A stretch of DNA of 64,000 nt from Gnetum montanum (lineage: Eukaryota > Plantae > Gnetophyta). Positions 27,485 to 42,469 of the stretch are shown here, piece after piece. The notes under the pieces were generated by a model, which was not told the DNA's origin, did not search any database, and was given only the letters and a program-made list of their open reading frames with translations. Position 1 is the first letter of the stretch. Each line of letters starts with the position of its first letter. The translations under genes were made by a program, and so were the position numbers. The DNA lies in NCBI GenBank assembly GCA_015680685.1, contig MNCI01001248.1:369822-433821 (forward strand), given 5' to 3'.

Positions 27485-30400
27485 TAAAACACCACCAAAA
27501 ATTCATGTTTCCAAATTGTAACCTTCATTTCCCAACATGAGGCAAGATTTTATTGTAAATGTAAGATTTGTAGTTCATGAGCTAAATCCTTGCATACATT
27601 GTATTTTAGGGTTGAAAATGCCTTAAAATTTACTATTTCCTTACTTTCCAAGTGGAAAAAGTTACCTCATGTTTATATTAGGCTTGGGAAGGCCAAAAAT
27701 GCCTTAAGAATTGCCAAAATTGGCATTTTCATGGGTTTTTGTAGGGGTATAGCCTCAACATAGATGGAATTGTTTGGATTTTCAACTTTCCATTTTCCCA
27801 ATAGTGCCTAGCATACTTGCCCCAAGTGTTTAGTAGTTGCAACATGGTAGCGTAGACATTAGGTTCACCAGTAGTTCTAGTAGTTTCCAGTAACTTTAGC
27901 ATAGTTCACCAAGGTCAGCATAGTTGGGATAGTGTCTACATAGTTGCAAAAGTCCATTTACTATTTATAGTAAATGGATGGGCTTTGGTATCTATGATGT
28001 ATTTCAAAGTTACTATAAATGGAAACTATGTTGAAAATTGTAATCATTACCACTTGCAAATAGACATCAATCTATTAGTAATCATGACAATGATTTGTAG
28101 GCCCCAAAAACAATAATTTCATAGCCTATATAAATCCAACATAAACACCTTATTATGGTTTCAACTTATTTTTGGGTAATATCACTTGAAAGCATTTTGC
28201 AACCTAGAGAGCCTTCGTAACCTTGCAACCCCTTTGGAAAAACTAGTATCTATGCTATGCACAGAGGCTCCCAATGTGATATAGCTGCCTTAAAGGTAGA
28301 ATACCATTTGTTGCCATAGTTTTAGATCTTGGGGGAAACTCACATGGAGTTGTTGGAAAATAGGATTAGAAAGCATCTAGATTGTAAGCTCCAATGAACT
28401 TCAAGCTCCTTCAAGTAACTTCTTATGTACCCAGCACACTTCATGAATCTTTTGCTTTATTTCCCATTTTAACAGCCTCATAGTTCATTCTTATGCATAT
28501 TTAAGTTCGTGTATTCATTTTTGTGTTTTTTTTTTCATTTTGGATCTATAATTCTATTTCTATTTATGTTTACATTTTTGTTTATGTTTCTAGTTACATT
28601 TCTGTTTATACTTTCTTTTACCTTTCATAAGTCCCTAGATGATCAAACAAATTGTCTAAGATTCCTTGAATCCTATTTTTTAGAGGCCATTTGGATTCAA
28701 GGATAAAACTATTTTGACACCTAGGATATTTTAGTTTCCATTCTAGTGATTGAATTTTCTAGGTCCAATGGTTTTCTGGCACTTGAAGAAGGGCCTTTGT
28801 TCAAATTCTTAGCCAAAAACCCTTTCCCAATCTTGCATAAAAAACCAAGTCCTTTACATTTCCAACTATAAAAGCTACCAACATATTCAATTAAAATAAA
28901 CATTTGTTTCCAAAATCCTTTCCCACATACCTTAGTGTAGTTGTGGTAATTGAGTTGGAATTTTGCTGTAATTTCACATCAGTTATTGATTTTCTTGGAA
29001 TCGACATAGTTTACTTTTAAAAATCCATTTCTAGTTTAGAAGCCCATTTTCATTCTAGAAATCAACCCCAAAATCCATGATGCCTACCTCAACCCCTCTT
29101 GCCTTGTTCATGGGATAGATTTCCCAAGCCTCACCTCCTCCTTATCTGATCATGTTTGGGCAACGCTCATTATCATAGTGCACCAAACACAATAGTTGCC
29201 ATAGTCAACTACCTTCAACTTCTCCATGTCCTTTTCCATCCAACTATAGTCTATGTGACCTTCATATGTGATTCTAACCATCGCCAACCCCTTATCCACC
29301 TAGATGGAGCCCACCATGAGACCTCAGGTGACCCAAGGGTCACATACCCCATTTGTCCTCTTTGTTCCCTAGATATTGGCACAAACTTCCTTTTCACTAT
29401 TTAGTCCATCCATGACCATGGTAACTCAACCTCTCATGAGGCCACAAGCCTCCCAACTTACACCCCAATATTTCTTGCAAACCCCACAATTGATGGGGGC
29501 ACCCCAAGGCCTAGATCAAGACTTCCAAATGATCTAGGTCCTAATGGAAGAGCTATAGAGGCTCAAGGGATCCACATCTTAGATTGCAAAAATTATGGAT
29601 TTCTATTAGCATGACCCCATTAGTCCTATGATCCCACCACTAACTCTTTCCCCTAGCATCCCCATACCATAGGTTACCAAGTACAAAGATGAAGGTAATC
29701 TCAACTCCCATATCATAACCTTCTACTTTGAGTGCTTATTACTACAAGTTTGGTTGCATATAATTACAAAAATCCCTGTCTCTTATCTGAAAAGCCCTAG
29801 ACTGGTATGGTGCCTTGCCAAGAGCATCCATATCCTATTTATAAGACCTGATTTCTCAATTCATTAACCATTTCAAGTATAACTTGAAACCTAACACCAT
29901 CCTTGACCAACTAATAAAGGTTAAGCAAGAAGCCCTTGAACCATTGCAAAAGTTCATCCAATGATGAAACACTTCACTAAATCAAATCCTAGAGCTGATA
30001 GCCAAAATCCATTTTTTAGTTATCTTCAAGAGTATGGTTAATGACTTCATCAAGTCAAAATTGTACTACCTTTATCCAAAATCACTCAGTCAAGCCTTTT
30101 CTAAAACCAAAAACATAGAGGATATCATAGAAGCCGACCTCGACTCCACCTATATGGCATATAAAATCCAACATGCACAAAAGGACAGGGAGAAGGGAAG
30201 GAAAAACAACATGGCAATGGCCACTATGGTGAAAGAGAATAAGAAAACCATCCAAGGGTTGAGAACAAAACAACTTAAGGCCCCTATTAATAATAATAAT
30301 CACAACCAATCTTCAACATTTGAGGCCTTTGCATCGACTACTTTGAGTAAAAAGATTAGACCAAATACACTAGGTTATCCTTAAAGGCATTAAAACTATT

Positions 30401-32464
30401 AGAGCAATTATTAAAGAGTGGGAGGATATAATATAAGAAAGTGATCAAAAATACCCATAAGAGACATGAGAGGCTATGTGAAATGGCCAAAGATCCACTT
30501 GAGCAACCAAAGATGACCCTTCTATACCTGTGTATTTTAAGGTTGATCGCTTTGGCACTATCATCAGTTGATAAGTCATGATATTAATTTTTGCCTTGCA
30601 ATGAAAGATGACCTAAAAAACATGATAGATAAGGGTGAATTGGTGCTTAACACATCTAACCTATTTAGGCTACAAAAGAAATTGATTCATGTATATAAAG
30701 ATCCATTGAACACTAATAATAGTTAATATACCATAGTGGTGTTCAATGCTAATCATGATCCAAGGCCTACAAGGGAACTATTTGTTATTCAAGTACCTCC
30801 TCATAATGAAAGGGGTCCTTCAACTACCATAGGTTCAATTCCACATTTTTAGTAAGGATACCATTACCAACACCTCCCAAAGAACCTTTTTTCCATCAAA
30901 GTGCCTCCTCCCTTTACAAGCAAGTCCACCCACATAACTGAACAATGACCTCCTTGTGGTGGCTAGTGTAAAAACTTCTTCTTTTTAATCAAATAAAGAC
31001 AACAAGAAATTCCCAAAAAAATAATGGAAGAAGCCTACATAAAAACATAAAAACAAGAACAATAAGAAAGCCAAGTGATGAAAGGAAGTGGGCCCATTAA
31101 ATCCCACTCTCATATCATCCATTCCCATGACAGCTATAACCTAGGTTGCTTTAACTAGTGAACCAGGAGAGGATTCTAAATCCCAAGGGAAAAGAAATGA
31201 GGCTAGGCCATAATAACCTAAAAAAAATTCTAAATTTTGGGGCATATGAAGGAAGTCTAGAACAAAAAGAACAAAAAACCTATGGTAAATAATAAATACT
31301 TGCTCAACATGATGAAACAGGTCAAACAGTCATTGAAACAAAAGAATAAAATCCTTAGCTTGTATGACCTTATCATGAATTCTAATACACACTATGAGGC
31401 ATTTTTTATGAAGTTTATCTCCATATCCATTAGTGAGGACATCCCTACTAATGAAGAATCTATCCATGTAGTGATGGTACCATCTTTATCTAGGAAAATG
31501 AAGTTAAAATCACTAGTGTTTCATGATAGTGAAATCAAGACTAACCCCCAAAATAGTGAGGTAACGAAGGTACCCCTCTTTGTAATGATAAGGGTTGGAC
31601 AATAAAAACTCCATAGAGTGCATGTGAATGATGGGGCAACAACAAATGTTATACCTTATACCATCATTAAGCATTTGAGCCTAATAGAGCAATTGCAACA
31701 CATAACTTTAGCCCTTAAATCATTCAATAGATCACATGTTGATATCAAATGATTTATCTCTTTATAATCTATGGTAGGGGAAAAATTCATCACAATGGAA
31801 AACTTCTTGATGGTAGAGGAAACACCAGGGTTCAACATTATTTTAGGAAGGCCTTGGCTAGCTTAATTGTAAGTGATGTCTTCACCTATCTACCAAGAGA
31901 TTCACTTGCTTGATGAGGGAGGTGAAATAATAATTTTGGTTGATAGTGTAGTCCCCCTAGTGATTAGGAATGTTGACGTAGAATAGGGATTTAAAGTGGA
32001 GTTTCAAGAAGAAACTCCTATTGTTAGCCACAAAATCAAAAAGCATGAGGTGGCAAGGTCAACAATGATGAACCATGGGGAGAGCTCCCTTTTAACATCA
32101 TTACTAAAGGAGATGGGAAATACAAGCTTATGCAACATAGACCATATACATTTCCTAATCTTTCAAAGATTAGGAAACATTTGCATAAGTGATGAGTAAC
32201 CTTGATTCTTCTACCCCATGCACCTATGGCCATGTAACCATATGTACTTATAGCCTTTAATAATAGTTTACATTTTACCTATTTGTGCCATTTTATTTTG
32301 CTTTATGTTAAATTTAAATTTGCATTTAGCTTAAAGTTTACTTTGGTTTTGCATTTTTACTTTAAAAGCCTTTTCTTTTCTTTTTCTTAAAATTAAAAAT
32401 GTAATAATAACTTTAAAACTAGAAAAATCCACAAATTCTTTTTATCTTATCCTTTGCAAAAATG

Positions 32465-32570
32465 TAAGGACCAGCAATGGCCTAAATCTAGCAACAACTA
32501 CCATATGGCAGGCCATGGACTTAAATTGGCAACTACTGTATGACCTGCCATGGCCTTAAATTAGAAAATA
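32465..32570 (+). repeat. Hairpin+TAAA(C/T)TRG array after the PR ORF of D
   Basis: Three decayed units, e.g. gacc-tgccat-ggcc-t-taaattag. Confidence 0.6.
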
Positions 32571-32899
32571 CTATTATGATGTATTTACAATTTATCCTAC
32601 AACCTTATTATCTAGTCATTTCAACATTTATATTTCATTATAACTAGGATAGGCAGCATAACATTAAACCATAGTTATAACATAAAATCATAAAACCATA
32701 ATGCTAGAACAATATAGTCAAAACTGAAACTTGAACTTAAAATTAAAATGTCAACAACATAATAACAATATGGAAAAATGTTTAAATAATAAACCATAAA
32801 TAATGAAACCATAAAAAACTAAGTAATTGACTAACATTAACCATGACAAGGTCAACATCAAACATCATCAATAGAACAACTAAAAATAGATAGCTAATG

Positions 32900-35292
32900 G
32901 TGCAAGGGGGCATTTGGAGAAGGAGGTAGAGGGTCATTTCCACCCTCATCACTAGGGTTGCCAATACCACCTAGTGCTTATAACATGATAGCACAAGACC
33001 ATATAATAATCAATGCACAAAAAAACTAAGATAAAACATAAGTTTATAATAAAAAAGAATAGACTAAGTAGCCAACAACATAGTAATAAATAAAAAACAT
33101 AGAAAATGTTTGAAGACCAACCTCTAGATGGTGGAGACGCTAGTATTCAGTCATGTTAGCCTAGTCTATGTCCCCAAGATTAACACCACTTAGGATGTTT
33201 CTTTCATTGATTTCACTCCAAATGGGTAGCTCATGTGAGAAGATGGTAGTAGTTATGTCCCCTAAGGTAGTGGTCATCTAGCTAGTAGGGAAGTTAGCTA
33301 CAACCACACTATCTATGAACAACTTGTAAATGTCCTCCACATTGATCCCCTTCATAAATAACTCCAATTGCTGTTGTTTTGTAGAATCATCTTACAACCA
33401 CTTGAGCTAGGCATCCTACTTAGCCTTATATTGTCTCTTGTGATCCTATTGTGCTTAGCCCCATTCAAGAACCCAAGCATAAAAAACCTTCCATTTTCAA
33501 GCCTTGTAATTTAGCAAATATGTTTGTAGTTTCCATTCTATGACCTCTTTGGCAAAAGCAACCTTTCCATGAATCACATTCTAGGTAGTGTGCCCAAGTT
33601 ATTTTCTTGGTGTGCAAGGAGTCCTTGTTGTGAGTTGGGCCTCCACAAACTCTTTACAATCCTTGAGATCCTTCACCTCATCCATAAGTTTCTTGTTCTC
33701 TTTCTTTAATACCACAAGTTGTTTCCATAAGAATGCATTGGAGTGTTTGCATTTCCACAAATATTTTTAGACATGATAATGCACATGAAATTTCATCCTC
33801 GTACAACTTATGTGGGACATCAGGAGGTAGGGCAGGTAATGCATTAATTTATATGGCCTAATTAGGATCCCATCTCAACTTAGGAATTGTAAATAAAAAA
33901 AACAAATAACAAAATTAGATACATAGAGTTAGTTAATAACTAAACAATGAAAGATAATAAAAACTATATAATAATTAAAAAACAAAAAATGAAAATGAAA
34001 AACGAAAACAAGTAAACAACAAAGGTAAAATGGGTTATAACTCTCACCAACTTTAGGAGCCATCTACTGTAACTAGCTAATTATGTCTTCAACTACATCC
34101 TACATGAACTTAATCTTATTGGGGATATCCACTATTGTTGCATGTAGAATGTAGAGTTGGAAGTATTAGCTTGGGGCTCCAGAGCTATAACAAGCATAAT
34201 AAGTAATTAAAAATTAATGATCAAGTTCAAACATGAAATAAAAAAATAATTGCAACACATAAAACTAAAAATCATAAGCACCTAAGAGATCCTTTGGTGT
34301 AATGATATGAAGCTTACCCAACTATGAATCCCTAAACAAATCATCAAAGCTATCCAATGGAGGATGAGATAGACCCTCATCCTCATGATGTTGTAATGCT
34401 TTCTCCTCTTGACACCATCATGCCTCTGCTACTACTGCTACTATGGGAGCCACCCATTCCTATTTCTTTCTTGCAAGAATAACAATTGCAAAACATAGAA
34501 CAACTTGATACATTTTGCCTAAAACAAAACCATAACTCAACCACATTACTCAAAACCATAACTTCAAAATAAAAAATAAAAAAAAATAGAATATACATTT
34601 AACTCCATCATGTACTTGGTTAAGCTTGATGATCAATCTTCTTTTCAAGGGCTCATCAATGATAGGCATTATCCATCAACCAAAGGCTTCTTAAGTTTTG
34701 CTGTAGCTAAACCTTTAGCTTTGGCAAGCAACTTCTTGGTCCTTTTTAGGTTTTCTTGCTCAACATGGAGATCTCTTCCCATGTTATCAAGGGATGCACA
34801 ACATTTTCTTTCAAAGCATTTGGTGATGATGAACAACAATTTATCCACACACTTTATTGGATCCTAGGCATACATGGTCAAAACAAGATGCCTTACCTAA
34901 GGCCTAGTGAGTTGGGATGGATCTTGTGTCATCCATCATTCATCCTTCCCCACTATGAGGAACTCTACAAATTTGATAAGCTGCAAAGAATGTGAAATGC
35001 GCATGATACTTTGTTGTGAGATTTTCCCATGTAGCCCACAAACTAAATGAGTAGCCCAGTTGAATTGGATATCCTCGATAAGGATCTTCTTCATGGTCCA
35101 CTCTTGTTCAACACCCATGATCTTTCCTTATGATAGTAACTTCAAAAATGCATAGGATTGAAATAGGGGATATGTCTCTCTAGCCTCTGGAACCTAGAAC
35201 TACCTTAGAGAGAGCCCCTTATTACAATGGCTAGTGTTTAACCACTTCTTAACTTCCTCTTAGCAATTCACCTTCTTTCCTTCCTTGGTGAT
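32900..35292 (-). pseudogene. Decayed homologue of the antisense gene of element A (3' exons)
   Basis: GVEQEWTMKKILIEDIQFNWATHL ~ GVEVVQVMRTVLEASVRYNWAEFL; KLRWDP..WKCKHS..KENKKL..DLKDCKEFVEAQL ~ QLRWDP..WTCRRS..KENSAL..DLKARYEFVAARL; LPIWSEINE..VNLG ~ HPTWSDIDK..IDLG. AT-rich intron-like gaps lie between the blocks. Confidence 0.8.
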
Positions 35293-38200
35293 GGTAGCAT
35301 CCAAAAATGTCGGTGGCTGGAACATCGAGAGGTTATCAGGTACATAGCCTAACCTCGAGTCCATGGGAGGGTCATGCTATAGAAGATGAAAATGGGTTGC
35401 CCTAAATAGTCTGGTCAATTAGATAAGGACTTACGTGGTGTCCAATAACCATTTGCAAATAGTAATTTTAGAATGTAACACGCAGAGGCTAGAATGGAAG
35501 AGAATGTAGCACCCACAATGATAGAAGCATATCAACGTGTATAACCAGGACAATGAGAATTAAAAAATATATGATGATGCAACATATATGCTATAATAAA
35601 GTAGAATGAAAGTTTGAGTAAAGAAATGCACCGCCCCAAAATTAGGGAATTTGACTTTTGATTGAATTATGAATGTGTACAACTAGTGTGTGGCATTGGA
35701 AAAACACAATTGGGTAATAGAACAATATGGTCACAGCACCTAGAATGCTATAGATGTGGTGTTGACAAGCATGAATGAGCTAATGCTTTCTAGGCTAAAA
35801 TTTGCTACACTATGGACGAGTGTCACACTTGAGTGTGGGAGTTGTTGAGAGATTTGAGAGGCTCTATTGCTGGGACTTGCCACTCATCAACCTTATGCTC
35901 GCTAATCTGCTGTCAAAGCTTATTGCCAAAAGAAAACCCTTAGAATGTCACTTGCTAAGGTATTTTAGAGCCAAGAGTGGGAGGAAAATGTCGTTTGGAT
36001 GCCATGTGTCTTGGGCCCCATGTAGCACGAATGTGGATGTGCCACATTGGTGTGCTATGATCAAAGTGTGATGCTACGCTAATGTGTTAAGCTAAATGGG
36101 ATAGGAATAGGAACAAAAAGTATACCAAGCTATGACCATACTGTTCATGTCGCATGTATCAGAATCTGGAGAATTTTCCTATTTTAACAAAAAATTCATA
36201 CAAAAAAATGCAAAGTGGAGCTTGTGCTTCAGGACTACGTCCTCCCTCATCTTTTGATTAAGGTCAAGCATAGGGACAACTTTTGGGGATTGAAAATGGG
36301 TGCAAGAAACAAAGAAAATTTCTAATTTTTGGCACTTAAGGAGAAGCAATAGGAGATACTGGAGTAGACATGCCAATTAATGATGAGTTCTGGAAGTTCT
36401 AGGGATGTCTTGAGGCTTCTTCAGAAGTGTTACATTGTTTACACTACATAGCGTAGTGGCATAGCATGAACACTAGCCTGCTACGCTGTGTTACACTACA
36501 TAGTGTAGCACCTTTTTGACAATAATTTTCATCAAAAATTGAGAGCACCACTTTGAGACCTAGCAAGGCAAGTGACTTCAACAATTGATGACCATGCTTT
36601 CCATGTCAAAAGAGCCTGAGATCTCTTGGTTTCATTCTTAGGACACTTTTTTACATTGATATCTCTACTACACTGTGCTATGTTATGTAGTGTAGCATAG
36701 CATAGCACTTGATTTTGCATAAATTTTTACTAAACTTACAATGCTCTACCATGGGACCTTGGCCATGTTCTGGGGACAAAGTGGGATAGGCAACCTTGGA
36801 GGTTGAAGAATGGTTGGATGCATTTTTCATGTCCAAACAATTTAAAGGAGACTTTTGTTGCCATTGGCACCTTGATATGCTATGTAGCATAGCACAACAT
36901 AGCACACAAAGTAGAATGAATTTTGTGAAAATTGCTAGATTTTCTTTGTGCCACGTTGATCATACTCCAAGGATGAAGCAAGATGAGCATCCTTGAAGAC
37001 CGAATCATTGCCAACTACACCTTCTACGTCTAATCCAACACTTGGAAAAATTTGAATGCCTCCTGGCTTGCTACGTTGTGCAGCGTAGCAGGTCCCATAG
37101 ATAGAAAACTTGCTAAACTATTTAGTTGATCCTAAACACTTCTGACAGCTCCTAGCTTGGCTCTTGGGCAAACTGACAATCAAGACATGTGTCAAGCTGG
37201 ACAAGCTAGAGAGTGTAGCAAGCTTGACAAATCGAGAGATAGAAAATTTTTTGAACTATGTGGTCCACCCTCAGTTTCCTATTTGTGTAAATTGGCCTTG
37301 TAATTGGATGCTATGCTAACTATGCTGAAGAGTGTAGCATACACACTCAGACACAACTTTGTAGGCATTAGGACTTCTAGGGTGTCAAGCTATTTGCATG
37401 ACCCAGTGTGACACCATAGTTGGAAATTCATGAGAGCCCAAAATTGATGGTGTTTCACTAGCCCCTCTTTGTCGATGTCTGGAGGATTTACCCAAGAAAC
37501 ATCAACAAATAATATGAAACACCATGATGAAAAGGACACAAACACCATTCGTTACTACCTACTTAGATAATGCTTTGTCATGTTTGAGATTGCTCAGAGA
37601 GTAATTTAGGATAAAGAACAAGGGACGAGTTTGAGGAAATTGGGTTAGGAAAAAAGTGTAGGATGTGATGTCCTGAGAGCTATTGCCATAGTGAAATCCC
37701 TCATTGGTGTGCTTATGAGGGAATCAGCATGCATAGGTATCTTTTTTTTCTTTGGATTTTGAGCCCTCATCAGAGTGCTTAGAGCTAATCGATCCAAGGT
37801 TGAGATTCTTGCAAAGTGACAACTATGTCCTTGTTTTTTGCACACCCATATTCATTTGAAGGAAACTATGTCATCACTGTAGGATAGGTGTTTCGTCCTT
37901 GGGATGAGTTGTGTTACATCTATGTGGGGCTTTGACCAACCTAGATAGGCTTCCCATGGGATGAGTTGTGTTACATCCATCATGGGGTTGGCAATTAAGT
38001 GTGGGAAAGGGTTACATGTGGATTGGAGAAGTTTGTGAAGAAGAAGAAGTCAGAACTTATAAGGATAAGGAATGGAGGTTAGGTTAACTAAAAGAATAAT
38101 AGGATTTGCACTCTCAAGTAGCTAGGCCAACAAAGGTGGATACTTTGGAATAATGTAGTGTCTTTCTCTTGTGGTGAAACACATTCTTGAATGATGCCAC

Positions 38201-41200
38201 CTTGGCTTTTATCCTAAAAACACAACAGAGAGAAAACTAGAAGAAATAACCATCATGTGAGGTAAGGGCAAAGCCCTCTCTACTTGGGAAACTACCAAGG
38301 TGGCAAGTGCTATGTTTGATGTGTGCAATATCCAAAGCAGGAAGGCTAGTGTAGGATTCGGTAGTGGTAGGTTGGAAAGCTTCAATGGGCATTCCCAAGA
38401 TGAGCACTGAAGAGGTTAGGAGCAATGGTGATGTGAGTGCTCAGGAATCTTCACCAAAGGAAATAGCTAGGAAGTCCAGCTGCAAGGTGAGAAGCCTAAT
38501 AGATTAATGCTTTTTTAGACTATGGCGATGATGAGGGTTGGAGGATGGCAGCATTGTGGCTGGGCCACAATAGTGCTAGGGCTCCAACAGAAGGTGCTGA
38601 CTGTAATAGCCATGACCAAGATGATTAGTAGTGGTGGCAGTAGCTTTGGAAGGTCAGCAAGATGTCAAACGACATCTCTAGAAGATCAGTAAGATGTTAG
38701 GAACAAATACATTGTAAATGCCCCAGAGGGTTCTTTCTTGATGGTATGAACTTCATTCTGTAACTACAATGCCCCACCCCACTTTGCTCAAGGGGTGTGG
38801 CTAGGCAACTGAAGCTCAAAAGTATGTCTACTCACTTGTTCACAAGATCACATGCATTGGATTAGAGATATTGCCTTGAAAACTTAGTTTTAGGTATTGG
38901 TACACCATTGGATGTGCTAGTTTAAGGTCCCAGCAGATCGTGATGTGCTAGTTTAAGATCATAGCAGATTAATGTGATAGTTTAAGGTTCCAACAGACTA
39001 TTGTGCTAGTTTAATGTCATAGCAGATGGGGGATGGCTAGTTTAAGGTCGTAGCAGACCATGCTATGGGTGCCAATTTTGTGTGATTGCCCAAAGATATG
39101 TTGTGCTAGTTTAATGTCATGGCAGATGATCTGTGCTAGTTTATAGTCATAGTAGACTATCTGTGCCAATTTATAGTCATAGCAGACTATCTACTTACCT
39201 TGCTTTATGTTTGGTGAAATATTGCATGATAGGCATAGTAGGGCTTCAAGTACAAATAATTGATAGGACTTGGGAACTCATTGCCATCTATGTTAGCTAG
39301 TTTGAATGCCCCATTCTCACATGCTTTTGTGACCAAAAAGGGTCCTTCCCAGTTGGCTGAGAAGTTATTCATGGGCTCACGAATAGCCTTGAGGACTAGA
39401 TCCCCTTTTTTGATTAGAAGTTGGTGTAGATTGCAGTGATGTTTCTGTCATTACTTGTTTTGATACCACTTGATGCTATTAAGAATTTTGATGTGCTCTT
39501 CCTCCACAGAGTCAAGATCGATGATTCTTGACTCATTGTTTTGAGTCTCATCCATAAAGTTTGAGAGGATCATTTGTAGCGATGGGACCTGCAATTCATG
39601 AGGTAACACTACTTTAGATCCATACACAAGATTGTATGGAGTCTTACCTATAGCCATCCTGCATGTCATGCAATAAGCCCAAAGTACATAAAGGAGCTAC
39701 TCGTGCCATCACCACTTACTATTGTTTAGCATCTTTTTCAAAAGGTTAATAATGGCTTTATTAGTGGCTTCTGGTTGGCCATTCACTTGGGAATAATATG
39801 GTGAGGAGAAAGAATTTTTGATGCTAAGGTCTTCATAAAAGGCTCTAGTTTCTATGCTACTAATTAGGGGCCCGTTGTTTGTAACAATAGTTATGGGAAG
39901 GCCAAATTGCATCACTATATTGTCCAGAATGAACTTGCAAATTTGTTGGGATGTGATCTTTCTGAGAGGAATAACTTCTACCTACTTTGTAAAGTACTCA
40001 GTTGCAGTAATAATGAAACTATTCCCTACAGAAGACTTAGGTGTAATGGGTCATATGATGTCTTGTCCCCAATGTTGAAAGGGCCATGTGATTTGTGTGG
40101 TATGTAGTTCGATAGGCGAAACATGTATGAGGTTTTGATGACATTGAGATACATCGCATGTTCTTACCTTAGTGATGTAATCACATTCCATGTAAGGCTA
40201 GTAGTAGCCTAGATGCCTAATTTTTGCTGCCATAGCTTTGGGAGCTATGTGTCCTCCACACAATCCCTCATGGATTTCATCAACAATTTTTTGTGCCTCA
40301 TCCCTGCTAATGCAAGCTAGCAATATCCTATCATAGGAGCATTTGCATAAAGCACCATCCCCTATGGGGACATATTACTATGCTCACTTTCATATTGCAT
40401 CCCTTTGAGCAAGTGCTAGGTTGCATGGGGATTCACCATGTTGGAGGTATGTTTTAATGTCATCATACCATTCTTGAGTGTGAGTCACACTTACAGACGC
40501 GATATATGTTGTGTGAAAAATAGGGTTGTTGCATCTCACTATTGAAGTAGGCAAGGTAGCAAATGAATATGGTGGCATGCTTAGTGCTAACATTGCTAGC
40601 GCATCTACTATAGTATTTTCATTGTGGGGTATGTAGTGGACATCTAGGATTGCAAACTACTTTAATAAGTGTTTGGCCAAATTAGAATAGGGCTGTAAAT
40701 GTTGTCCCTTGCAGGCATAGACCTATGTAACCTAGTTAATGACTAGTTGTGAATCACCTCGAATTGCTAAGTTTTGAATTTTTGACTCCCAAGTTGATAG
40801 AATGCCCCTAAGGAGACCCTCATATTTTTCTACATTGTTTGTGCAAAGAAATATAAACTAATATGTGAAAGGTCAGATTTATCCTAAGGGGAACATGAGA
40901 ACAACAGTAGCACTGCCAACTTATGTAGTTGAGGCAAGTCAAAATGTAGAATAGCTTCAAACTCTGTGGGTACTATGCTTATGCTATTGATGTGTTCATC
41001 TAGAAATTTAGGTTCTATTGTTGTTTGGTCATTAGTGGGTGAAGTTGTAAGTTGTGTGGCTATCACTTGTCCTTTTGTAGAAGATTGCACTACATAGTGT
41101 AGGTCAAATTTTTCCATTATGGCTTTCCACTGGGCTATCCTACTACTTTCATATATATTGGTCATAATAGCCTGAAGTATGTTAGTTTTGAAGATAATGT

Positions 41201-42469
41201 TTACTTGGCTACGAAACAAATAATGCCTCCATTTTTTAAGTGCGAATACTAAAGCAAGACAATTTTTTTCTACTTCATTGTATTTTTCTTCATAAGCTAT
41301 CAATGCATGACTTAAGTAGTAGATAGGGATTTCAGAACCATCATTCCTCTTTTGCCAAAGAAAAGCAGCAATATATGTGTTTGAAGTAGCCAGATAAATG
41401 TAAAAAGGTTTATCTCTTTGTGGGGGGTAAATAGCAGGGAAAGGGATAAGGTCTTTCTTTAAGTTATCAAAAGCTTCCTAGAATTGGTTTTTCCATTCAA
41501 AGTTAACTCCTTTTTCAAGAAGATGTTGCATTGGATGCAATTTATCTGTTAACCTTGTGATAAACCTTTGTATAAATTGTATCCTACCTTGCAACCCATG
41601 CAATTCCTTAAGGTTTGTAGGTGGTGCCAAGTTAACAATGGCCTTAACTTTGTCGGGATCTACACATATCCCCGTTTCTGATACTACAAACCCTAACATG
41701 CATCTAGTTTTTACTTTGAAGATACATTTTTTAGGATTAAGGAAGAGGTCATGTCTATGACAATGTTGAAGGACTAAGTTTAGGTTGTTTGCATGATTGG
41801 GAGCTTTCTTAGATTTAACGGCTATATCATCCATGTAATCATTTAGCTTTTCCAAAAGATAGTCACTAAAAATGTAAGTCATTGCCCAATGATATGTTGC
41901 TCTAGCATTTTTTAGCTCGAAGGACATCATCGTGTAACAGAAGGTTACCCAAGGGGTCATAAAGGTAGTGGCTAGTTGATGTTCTAGGTTTATGTAGATT
42001 TGATTGTAGCCTACGAATCCATCCATGAAGGATAGTAAGGCATGGCCTGCCGTAGTATTGATAATTTGGTCGATACCAGGCAATGGGAAATTTCCCTTAA
42101 TTGTTGCCTTATTTAAATCTCTAAAGTCTATAAAAATTCATATACCCAAAATTTTATTTGAAATGACTACAATGTTTGACACCCAGTCTAAATAATCAAC
42201 CACCTAGATGAACCTAGCATGATAAAGTTTGGTGATTTCATCACGTATAGCTAGGGAAATCTCTGGTTTAACCTTGCAGGATTTTTGTTTGATCTCCTTG
42301 ACATGTGAATCCAGGATGATATTGTGCTATATGATGTGTGGATCTAAGCCTGGCATATCTTTATACGACCATGAAAACACTTTGACATTATCATTAAGGA
42401 CTTTAGAGATGTCTTGTTAAACCTGTGGCTCTAATAGAGAGATAATCTTTAACGTTCTTACCTTGTCTT
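35293..42469 (-). mobile_element. Tat-lineage element C, 3' half (RT-RH-aRH-INT, 3' UTR, PPT, 3' LTR), interrupted by B
   Basis: LTR ~35293-37457 starting TGAAACACC on the minus strand; PPT aaagagggg at ~37460-37471; INT ~39225-40280; aRH ~40400-40960; RT/RH ~41000-42460 (FMDGFVGYNQI, YMDD). Confidence 0.85.
38915..39192 (-). repeat. Hairpin+TAAACTAG array just 3' of the INT stop in C (~9 units)
   Basis: Plus-strand units ctagttta-NN-gtc-N6-gac with variable linkers. Confidence 0.85.

Larger units (their letters stand above)
27485..35292 (+). mobile_element. Tat-lineage element D, 5' half (LTR, PBS, gag-PR, array, antisense gene), interrupted by C
   Basis: LTR ~27485-28770 (taaaacacc..., related to the F LTR), PBS tggcacttgaagaagggcc at 28777-28795, gag-PR ~29490-32190 (VNDFIKSKLYYL, HRVHVNDGATTNV, FNIILGRPWL). 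Confidence 0.8.
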
